Part shown: piece after piece, positions 49,906 to 57,739 of the stretch | Position numbering within the stretch: position 1 is the stretch's first letter | Layout: every line of letters begins with the position of its first letter | Source of the DNA: Candidatus Babeliales bacterium | GTDB taxonomy: Bacteria; Babelota; Babeliae; Babelales; JBFXEV01 | Assembly: GCA_050179755.1 (NCBI GenBank) | Contig: JBFXEV010000001.1 | Coordinates: forward strand, 1,129,994-1,193,993 | DNA: 64,000 nucleotides | Reading direction: 5' to 3' | Program-made: the position numbers and the translations under genes | The notes under the pieces: generated by a model | Seen by the model: the letters and a program-made list of their open reading frames with translations, nothing else | Databases searched by the model: none | What the model was told of the DNA's origin: nothing

Positions 49906-51699
49906 ATGTATAAGCAAAGAATTAAATTAGGGTTATTGCTAAGTGCTTTATTCTTAGGATCTCTCTATGGCATGCAGCCAGCGTTAGAGAACTTGAAGGA
50001 TAGCTTAGATGATTTACGCAGAGAGTTAGGTGGAATACAACAGCCACATATTCAATTGCCCCCTCCAGTACTTCAAGGTGGACCAATAACACCAATTATT
50101 ACTGGTCCATTGCCGCCACCGCCTGTTGTGCAAGCTGGTGCTATTTCAACTCCATCAACTAAGACAGGTGCACCAGTATCTAAGTCTGGTCGTAAACCCG
50201 GATTAGGTGATGTAACTAATATTGGGTTTACGCCAATAGCAGGGTCAGATAAGCCGAAACAACCCGTTGCTTCGGGCATCGGTTTGAGCGCTGAACAACT
50301 TGAACAGCAACGTAAAGAACGGGAAGCGCGTTTGGCTGTAGCAAAGCAAAAGAAAGCTGCAGCGGGCGATATTACAAAAGGTTTTATAACAGCAGCATTT
50401 GCAACATATCCAGTATCAGCGACGGTTCCTGCACCAATTGCTACAAAAGATTTTGGGGTTGAGCGTGAAGCGGTAAATGCAATAAATATTAAATCAGATA
50501 CCATTCTAAATCAACTTAAAAGCAATTTGTTTACGCAAGATGATAAAAGGGAACGGCAACCACTAGCTAAAAAGTTATTGAATGGCTTATTATTCTTTAC
50601 AAGAAATAATGTAGTACAGCCTGATCAAATTAAGCAAATTGCCGATCTAGTGGTACTCATCTTAAATATTGATCCATTATTGATTACTACAGCGGATGCA
50701 GTGTTGCGGCAACTTGGTTTTGATGACGTGGCAATACACCGGCTAATGACGCTGTTTTTTGAAGAACGTATTAGATTTATACAAGAGACATTAGAAGAGC
50801 TAAAAAAACAAGCAACAGAAGGTGCAATTCAAGATATTGATCAAGCATTTGCTTACTCAATTGCGTTATCAAGTGAGTTAATACGCCAAGAAAGTATAGT
50901 GCTTGATGAGCATACTACTGCAGCACAAAAGCAAGAAGCACAATGGTTTATTGATAAAGTGCGAGAATTGCGCAAAAGGTTGTGTGAGATTATCACTGCG
51001 CCTGATAACATTGTACTTTTTAATACAAAGCCGGCGCTCAAAGAGCTCTATCTTACGATATGTGGTGCACAGCAGAAGGCAAAATTACGTGTATATTGTG
51101 TTACTGCCGCATACACATATGGAAAGACGCTTGAAGGTAAGCGAAAAGGTAGAGATTATACCTATTGTGGTTTTGATCAAGAAATACAAAAGATCATGGA
51201 TGAAATTAAGAAATTCAATGCATTAGAAGAAAGTGAAATGTCAGTAAGTCAGCGTGTATACACCGTGCAAACAATTATTAGTTCACTTGCTGACATTAAT
51301 ACGTTCTTTACCAATCCTGATGTTTGTCCAAACTGCTTGAGAGAGGCAATTCGTTTTGGGCATCCAAAAGTATTAACTGTTAGTCAAGTGGAAGAACCAT
51401 TTAAAATGCAACTTGCCCAAATTGCAGATTTTTTATTGGCTATGAACAAGCGTGATAATAGTTTTTATTTAGAAAACTTTGTAAGAACTGGTATTCCTAA
51501 TATAAAAACGACTCTTGATCGCGTGAGAAAGTTGAGTGATAAAGAATCAGCAATGATTTACGGCTTGATTGGCATAAATCGTGTGGCAAAAGAAAAGAAT
51601 CTAGGGCCATACAATCTTGATGATTTTCTTCATGGCCGTATTCCACAGTGGTTAATACAAGAGAAAGAAAGAAGAAGAATGCAAGCATTATCTGTATAG
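49906..51699 (+). CDS. Hypothetical secreted protein with Pro-rich N-terminal region
   Basis: GGGAG RBS, signal ...LYG/MQP, LPPP and LPPPP tracts, helical C-terminal part. Confidence 0.75.
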   Translation: MYKQRIKLGLLLSALFLGSLYGMQPALENLKDSLDDLRRELGGIQQPHIQLPPPVLQGGPITPIITGPLPPPPVVQAGAISTPSTKTGAPVSKSGRKPGLGDVTNIGFTPIAGSDKPKQPVASGIGLSAEQLEQQRKEREARLAVAKQKKAAAGDITKGFITAAFATYPVSATVPAPIATKDFGVEREAVNAINIKSDTILNQLKSNLFTQDDKRERQPLAKKLLNGLLFFTRNNVVQPDQIKQIADLVVLILNIDPLLITTADAVLRQLGFDDVAIHRLMTLFFEERIRFIQETLEELKKQATEGAIQDIDQAFAYSIALSSELIRQESIVLDEHTTAAQKQEAQWFIDKVRELRKRLCEIITAPDNIVLFNTKPALKELYLTICGAQQKAKLRVYCVTAAYTYGKTLEGKRKGRDYTYCGFDQEIQKIMDEIKKFNALEESEMSVSQRVYTVQTIISSLADINTFFTNPDVCPNCLREAIRFGHPKVLTVSQVEEPFKMQLAQIADFLLAMNKRDNSFYLENFVRTGIPNIKTTLDRVRKLSDKESAMIYGLIGINRVAKEKNLGPYNLDDFLHGRIPQWLIQEKERRRMQALSV

Positions 51700-51712
51700 T
51701 TATATATGTAGC

Positions 51713-51738
51713 GCGCCGGGGATTATCCTCGGCGCTTT
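51713..51738 (+). terminator. Intrinsic terminator
   Basis: GCGCCGGGG-attat-CCTCGGCGC then TTT. Confidence 0.6.
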
Positions 51739-51739
51739 C

Positions 51740-52867
51740 TTAATATTGCAATAATGCCAGTGGTGAGGGGCCTCTTTTTTGTAAACTGCGTCTTGTATAT
51801 TTTGTTTGACAGTAGGTATCACGCACACGTTTGGCAGCAAGCCTACCATACCAACCTACATATCCTTGCCCAGGAAGTTCTTTTCTGAGTCCTACTACCG
51901 TAGGAAAGTGCTCTGTATCAATAATAACTATTTTGCCGGTTTCTCGCTCAATTACAAAATTATTAATGTGTGCATCAATAAAGCTTTTTAAATATTTGCT
52001 AGTGGAAAGTGCAAGCTTGCGGTCTTCTGATGATGTTAAACTAAAAGTGCGTTCAATATCAATTGCATCAACAACTACCGCATAAATTCCAGGATATTCA
52101 GTGACTAAAGGAGCATTGCTTTGACCAATATTGTAGCCGGTTAAAGTAAAGAAGGTTCTTTTTTTTGGTGCCCAGAACCATTTGCGTGGGAATTCTATTA
52201 CGTCTTTCCATGTGGGATGTTCTTGAATTTGTTTTTGGACTAATTCTAAATTAGGAATACGAGTAAGGCCAGAAATGTGCCTGTTTGCACCACCGCCCAT
52301 TAAAAAAAAGCATGTGGGTTCAAAGCCTTTATCAAATGGGCGTACAAAGCTTTTTGGTGTTTCAAGAAATAGTTTTACAATGAATGGATAGTCATTAAAT
52401 TTGACTATTAAACAACCTGTTGCTGTTTTCCAAACAAAATCTCTTTTTTTTAGTATGGTAAAATGGGGAAGTTCTTTAAGTGCTTTTGCTGGTTGCTTGC
52501 GATCTGCAATTAATTGAGCAACCAGTTGTTCGATCAACTCACTCAGCACTGTGCCATCAATTGATTGTGTTGGGTCTTGGCGATACGGGATTGCGCCGTC
52601 TGGCAAAAGGTGTGTATCAAAGTATGATTGATCATACGTATGGAAAAGTGGATACTCTTCCAAATGATAATCCCGCAACTTATGTACTTTTTTTGATCCA
52701 TTCCAGCATACTTCTATCATTGGCATATGTGGATCGTCCGGGCGAAATACCGATCGACCTGCATAGCTTGTCAGCACATGCAGAATACAAATTACATATA
52801 AGAAAAAGTAAAAAAACAAGCCATCTGCCTTCACAGCTTCTAATGCCTTTTTGATTCGAGTACACAT
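51740..52867 (-). CDS. Hypothetical membrane-anchored protein with atypical kinase-like motifs
   Basis: N-terminal TM; FIVKLF; DAHINN...IIDTE. Confidence 0.65.
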   Translation of the reverse strand: MCTRIKKALEAVKADGLFFYFFLYVICILHVLTSYAGRSVFRPDDPHMPMIEVCWNGSKKVHKLRDYHLEEYPLFHTYDQSYFDTHLLPDGAIPYRQDPTQSIDGTVLSELIEQLVAQLIADRKQPAKALKELPHFTILKKRDFVWKTATGCLIVKFNDYPFIVKLFLETPKSFVRPFDKGFEPTCFFLMGGGANRHISGLTRIPNLELVQKQIQEHPTWKDVIEFPRKWFWAPKKRTFFTLTGYNIGQSNAPLVTEYPGIYAVVVDAIDIERTFSLTSSEDRKLALSTSKYLKSFIDAHINNFVIERETGKIVIIDTEHFPTVVGLRKELPGQGYVGWYGRLAAKRVRDTYCQTKYTRRSLQKRGPSPLALLQY

Positions 52868-53068
52868 TAATTAATTTTCATGAAAGTGCTTAATACAACT
52901 TTACTAGATTTTTAGAGAGAACGTAAGAGTTTGCACGAGAACTTTGAATATTGATTTTAAAGAGTTGAGTGTGCTAACGTGGTAGTTGGTACCAGTTGCA
53001 CAATGATTCTACTTGGGGTAAGGTAAAATTGAAGCAAAGTATGATTAACTTTAAAAAAAGGATAGACT

Positions 53069-53611
53069 ATGAGCAAGCCACAGAACCAAGAGCGGTTGCA
53101 TGAAATATTGCAGCATATGTGCCATCTGCCTCGTAAAATTATTTCACTTCATGAACATCACTTAAATAATGTCCCTGAATTTGTGTTGTATGAATTGTCC
53201 CACAAAAAAGGGTTTAATTTACAAAAAGCAGCTTATTTTGTTGATAACCCTGACTTTAATTGCATGAAGGGCGTTGCAGGATTTTGTAGCACGGAATGCA
53301 GTGGTTTAGAAGAAAAGGATGTATGGCAAAATCCTGAAGGATTTAGTAAATACATGCAGCAATCGCCATTTAATAATCGGGTACGATCAGTTTCTCATGA
53401 GAGTGCGCGTTGCAAAGGGCATTCTGAGCAAGAGCTTGTAGAAGATATTGCATCTCGTCTCAATCTCAAACATCCACACGCATTTTCATGGAATTTAAAA
53501 CATGGCAATCATGGGTTGCTGGTGGTAGAAAAAGTGGATGAGCAAGATCCATGGGACACGCAATATTTACATGATTGTGCGCATATTCTGAGCTTTTGCC
53601 CAATTAACTAA
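53069..53611 (+). CDS. Hypothetical protein
   Basis: AAGGA RBS, 180-aa ORF. Confidence 0.7.
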   Translation: MSKPQNQERLHEILQHMCHLPRKIISLHEHHLNNVPEFVLYELSHKKGFNLQKAAYFVDNPDFNCMKGVAGFCSTECSGLEEKDVWQNPEGFSKYMQQSPFNNRVRSVSHESARCKGHSEQELVEDIASRLNLKHPHAFSWNLKHGNHGLLVVEKVDEQDPWDTQYLHDCAHILSFCPIN

Positions 53612-53715
53612 TCGAATTTTTATTTAGTAGTTGAAATATTGCAATAGCCTTTCTCTTTTGGGTATTCTTAATAGCGTATATGTGTGTGCTCATAAGAATT
53701 AAAAGGAGAGGCAAC

Positions 53716-53928
53716 ATGCGATTACGAATATTTGTCTTAATTGGTATATGTATAATTTTAGATGTGCTTGTAGTGCGCCAAGTGCGTCAATATGATGATC
53801 AAAAGATATTGACAACTTTTGATACTTCAAAGCAAGAGAAAACAGCCATAGCTTCAACGCAAGATGAAATCGAGTCCGGGCAAGAGCCCATCACTCAAGA
53901 AGGCAAGGCAAGCGCCACCGCCTGTTGA
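53716..53928 (+). CDS. Small membrane-anchored protein overlapping the pgk 3' end
   Basis: Strong AAGGAG RBS, N-terminal hydrophobic helix; 75-bp convergent overlap. Confidence 0.45.
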   Translation: MRLRIFVLIGICIILDVLVVRQVRQYDDQKILTTFDTSKQEKTAIASTQDEIESGQEPITQEGKASATAC

Positions 53929-55029
53929 AAGTTGATTGATAGTATTTGCAATATCACATGTCATTGCAGTTTCCACAGAATCACCGCCAGCTATCATGGT
54001 ATAGGCAGGTGATTTTGCCATTGCAGCAAGCAATGCGCATGACGCTTCTCGTGTTTCCTTTCTTTCTTTAAAACCCATTGGTCCATTAAAAAAAACAGTT
54101 CCTGCAGTCTGTATAATTTCCGTAAACTGTGTAGTTGTCCGTGGCCCAATTGCGATACCAACCAGGTTTTTTTGAAAATCAGTGGCATTAATGATACTCA
54201 ATGGACCATTGAAACTATCTTGTGCAACCAAATAATCGGAAGGGAATATAAGTTTACGAGCATCGTCAGATTGGAGTATGTTTTTTGCAGTACTTAGCAC
54301 GTCATCTGCAACACAAGAGGCTCCAATCTTTTTTCCTTGTGCTTTCATAAAGGTAAAAACAAGTGCTGGGCATAAAAGAATGTTATCAGCAAGACGTAAA
54401 AGATATTCTATATAGGGCAATTTATCTTTCACTTTGCCGCCACCAAGAATAAGTATAAACGGCCTTTCAGGATTGTCTTTTAAGCGCATAAGCGCAGTTA
54501 GTTCTTGAGCGCAATGTAAACCAATAGTGCGCGAGTTCGGTGGAAATTCTTTTGGTAAAAGCACCATGGACGTGTCATTGCGATGAGACGTTCCAAATGC
54601 TTCATTAATATAGAAATCGCCTAGATTGGCAAGCTGTTTGGCAAATGTTTGGCTTTGTTTTTGTTCCTCAGGATAAAAACGAAGGTTTTCAAGCAAAATT
54701 ATATCTGATGCTGCGTTAGTAATTATGCCGTTTGCGGTATTAATATTTGGCGCAAAGGTTACGCTAAATCCATGTTTTTGGAACCACGAAATTAAAATGC
54801 GTGTTGAAAGTTCTGGTTCTTGATGTGTTGGTCTATCAATATGGGTAAGAAGAATAATTTTGCCATTCTTTTGTTTGATGAGATTAAGAGTGGGCAATGC
54901 GCCACGCAAACGAGTGTCATCAAGTATAGAGCCATTTTTGAGTGGTACGTCGCCGTCGATACGAACGAGGACTTTTTTGTTTTCTAGACTCCAGCTTGGT
55001 AAGTGGGAGGTGATATTTGTTAGCTTCAT
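53854..55029 (-). CDS. pgk: Phosphoglycerate kinase
   Basis: VLVRID.DVP, LLENLRF, EAFGTSHR, LGGGKVKDK, NGPMG, GGDS, STGGGA. Confidence 0.95.
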   Translation of the reverse strand: MKLTNITSHLPSWSLENKKVLVRIDGDVPLKNGSILDDTRLRGALPTLNLIKQKNGKIILLTHIDRPTHQEPELSTRILISWFQKHGFSVTFAPNINTANGIITNAASDIILLENLRFYPEEQKQSQTFAKQLANLGDFYINEAFGTSHRNDTSMVLLPKEFPPNSRTIGLHCAQELTALMRLKDNPERPFILILGGGKVKDKLPYIEYLLRLADNILLCPALVFTFMKAQGKKIGASCVADDVLSTAKNILQSDDARKLIFPSDYLVAQDSFNGPLSIINATDFQKNLVGIAIGPRTTTQFTEIIQTAGTVFFNGPMGFKERKETREASCALLAAMAKSPAYTMIAGGDSVETAMTCDIANTINQLSTGGGACLAFLSDGLLPGLDFILR

Positions 55030-55052
55030 ACAATTCCTTTGGATTTGTTAAT

Positions 55053-56288
55053 TTATGCTTGGCTTTTAAGCAATCTTGCAATAGAAATCTTGTGTAGTGC
55101 CCTACAGGGAATCCATGTAGAAACTAATGCAACGCATATCACAAAGAAAAAAATACCAATAAAGATAGGCCATTCAAGTGCAACCGGTAGATGAGAAATC
55201 ATATAGGTATCTGGTAACGGAATTAATTGATATTTTTCAAGTACCCATGCAGCAATGGCAGCAAGTGAAAGTCCTGCCAAGGAACTAAAGGCTGCAATAA
55301 TAAGTCCCATCCACATGAATATGCATGTAATTGTATTTGAGGGTACACCTAATGCGTGCAATAAGGCAATGTCGCTGCGTTTATGTTGAATTTGCATATA
55401 AAGCAAAGAAAGAATAGTCATGCTTGCAATGAGAATAATCAAGCTTACTATTAAAAACATGGCATATTTTTCAAGTTCTAAAGCACTAATGAGTGCCGGA
55501 TAGAGTGATTGCCATGAATATACATCAAGGCCAAAGCGTTGCTGTAATTGTGTAATAAGCTTATCTTGATTTGCTAGTGTAGTGGGCTTGATTGCAAGTT
55601 GCGTAACTTCTGCATTACTAAATAATTTTTGTAATAACGACAGCGGGCAATAAATTGTGCCAGCGTCCATTTCTTCAAGACCTGTTTTAAATATACCACT
55701 TATGATAATTGGCGTAGTTGATAAATAAAGTTTAGATCGTGATGTAGTTGTATCAGATGAATAGACTAATTCAACTGTATCGCCAACATGTAATGCAAAT
55801 TGCTTTGCAAGCCGCTCACCAATAAGTACTTGATTTTTTACAAGCAAGTCAGTGAGAGTGGCATGTGGAAAGAGCGTGCGTTTAATATAAGACGCTAGCT
55901 TAGTGGTTTGGATTTCATGATCAGGCAAAATGCCTTGTAATAAAACAGGTGCTGAAAGTTCACCTGTAAGTGGATCCTTAATAATACCGTGCTCGGTAAT
56001 GCGTGGACTAAAGCCTATAATTTCAGGAAATTCTGTTTTTAAGATTGGGGCAATTGCTTGAAAATCGAGAGGATCTTGGCCTGACGACATAATAATTGGA
56101 GCATGAACACCTTGGAGTAATTGATGGCCAGATTTTTCAAATCCGCGCATAATACACATGGTGAGTGCGAGAGCTCCAGAGGCAATGGCAAGCGCAATGC
56201 AGGAAACATATACCATGGTGCCTATTGCTTGTGCGTGACGTGCGCCACGCATATAGCGCCATGCAAGAAAAAGTGAAAATGATTTCAT
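55053..56288 (-). CDS. LolC/E (FtsX-like) ABC transporter permease
   Basis: FLAWRY, IMRGFE, ALELEK, DIALLHALG, YMISHLP. Confidence 0.85.
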   Translation of the reverse strand: MKSFSLFLAWRYMRGARHAQAIGTMVYVSCIALAIASGALALTMCIMRGFEKSGHQLLQGVHAPIIMSSGQDPLDFQAIAPILKTEFPEIIGFSPRITEHGIIKDPLTGELSAPVLLQGILPDHEIQTTKLASYIKRTLFPHATLTDLLVKNQVLIGERLAKQFALHVGDTVELVYSSDTTTSRSKLYLSTTPIIISGIFKTGLEEMDAGTIYCPLSLLQKLFSNAEVTQLAIKPTTLANQDKLITQLQQRFGLDVYSWQSLYPALISALELEKYAMFLIVSLIILIASMTILSLLYMQIQHKRSDIALLHALGVPSNTITCIFMWMGLIIAAFSSLAGLSLAAIAAWVLEKYQLIPLPDTYMISHLPVALEWPIFIGIFFFVICVALVSTWIPCRALHKISIARLLKSQA

Positions 56289-56508
56289 GTATATACCTAA
56301 TAAATGGGCTTGCCCATCATTTTTGATTCTTAACTCCAAGTTTTATATTAATTATAACATGCAATTAACTAATGTTTACGAATTGGTTTTGAAAAATGAT
56401 GAGTCTGATAATTTAATTATTATGTAATTTATTACGCCGCTTGTAAAATGTATAACTTTTAATTACTCTAAACACAGAACTTTAATGTAATTAACAAAAG
56501 GTTTTGCT

Positions 56509-57213
56509 ATGGAGCAATCAAACTTAGTATATCGTGTTTGGGCCGTGTTGTCCTTATGCGTTCTACTTTCAGGATGCCGCTATAAAACATGGGGCGAATC
56601 GGTATTTAATCAAGGTTGCAAACTTGATTGCTTTCAACAGGCAACCTGTGAATATTTGCGAACCGTGCATATTTATGATCAATTTACTACGCTCGGCAAT
56701 TTTGAAGTATTATGGCTTTCTAATGAAGTGCGTACTGTCTACAGCAAGTTATATGCGCAACAGCATTGCCTTAATGGAGAGCGTTATAAAGTATTTTTGC
56801 GCAGGCAATTAGAAGAAAATAATCACTATATTACTTTTTATGTGCTTGCTTCTATCCCACATTCACGAGGGACTATGCTTAGTGATGAAAACTCTGAATG
56901 GGCAATTTGTTTGGAGGTTGATGGTGTTTCTTATTCGCCAACATGCATTAAGACAATTGAATTAAAGCCTGAGTATAAACATTTATTTAGTAGAGCTTAT
57001 ACACATTTTAAAACGCCATATATTGTTACCTTTGAGGCGCGAAATATTGAAGGCAAGCCGTTACTATACGCTGTAGGGCAAACTTTGCGCCTGCATTTTA
57101 ATACGATTTGTAGAACTGATTTTGCTGAATGGCAAATACTTTCAGATGGTTCAGTATGTATCTCAATGGATGATGTTCCAGACTTCTTGATGTATGATTT
57201 ATGGAAATATTAG
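56509..57213 (+). CDS. Hypothetical lipoprotein
   Basis: Lipobox LLSGC after a hydrophobic stretch. Confidence 0.7.
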   Translation: MEQSNLVYRVWAVLSLCVLLSGCRYKTWGESVFNQGCKLDCFQQATCEYLRTVHIYDQFTTLGNFEVLWLSNEVRTVYSKLYAQQHCLNGERYKVFLRRQLEENNHYITFYVLASIPHSRGTMLSDENSEWAICLEVDGVSYSPTCIKTIELKPEYKHLFSRAYTHFKTPYIVTFEARNIEGKPLLYAVGQTLRLHFNTICRTDFAEWQILSDGSVCISMDDVPDFLMYDLWKY

Positions 57214-57665
57214 ATATGCAAACAATTACTATAGCAATAGCTACCGATCATCGTGGATTTTCTCTTAAGGAATCATTAAAGGAAGTTGGTGGCTTGGGTG
57301 GTTATTCAGTAAGTTGGATCGATGTTGGAGCGTTTTCTGAAGAACGCTCTGATTATCCCGAGTTTGCAATTAAAGCTGTAGAAGCAATGAAATTTGGTGA
57401 TGCCGATTGTGCTGTGCTTATTTGTGGCACGGGCGTCGGTATGGCAATTGCTGCCAATCGATATCATGGTATTTATGCAGCGCTCGCGTGGGATCTCACA
57501 ACGGCACGTCTTGCCAAAGAAGATGATCATGCAAACGTATTAGTACTGCCTTCCGATTATATTAGCCATGAGCTGGCCCAAGATATGGTGACTGCATGGT
57601 TGCTTGCTGAATTTAAGAAAGGCAGATATGCTGAACGCATTAAAATGATTGATGCGATTAGATAA
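57201..57665 (+). CDS. rpiB: Ribose-5-phosphate isomerase B
   Basis: IATDHRG, DYPE, ICGTGVGM..AAN, ANVL, GRYAER. Confidence 0.93.
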   Translation: MEILDMQTITIAIATDHRGFSLKESLKEVGGLGGYSVSWIDVGAFSEERSDYPEFAIKAVEAMKFGDADCAVLICGTGVGMAIAANRYHGIYAALAWDLTTARLAKEDDHANVLVLPSDYISHELAQDMVTAWLLAEFKKGRYAERIKMIDAIR

Positions 57666-57682
57666 ACCTACTTCAAAAAATT

Positions 57683-57721
57683 AACCCGCTTGTAGATTAT
57701 TAAAATTACAAGCGGGTTTTT
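57683..57721. terminator. Intrinsic terminator between convergent genes
   Basis: AACCCGCTTGTA...TACAAGCGGGTT followed by a T-run. Confidence 0.75.
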
Positions 57722-57739
57722 AAGTTCTTAATAATTATT

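Noticed and set aside
49906..50400. WH2/actin nucleator in the Pro-rich protein
   Set aside because: Polyproline tracts are present but there is no convincing WH2 LKK[TV]-type motif.
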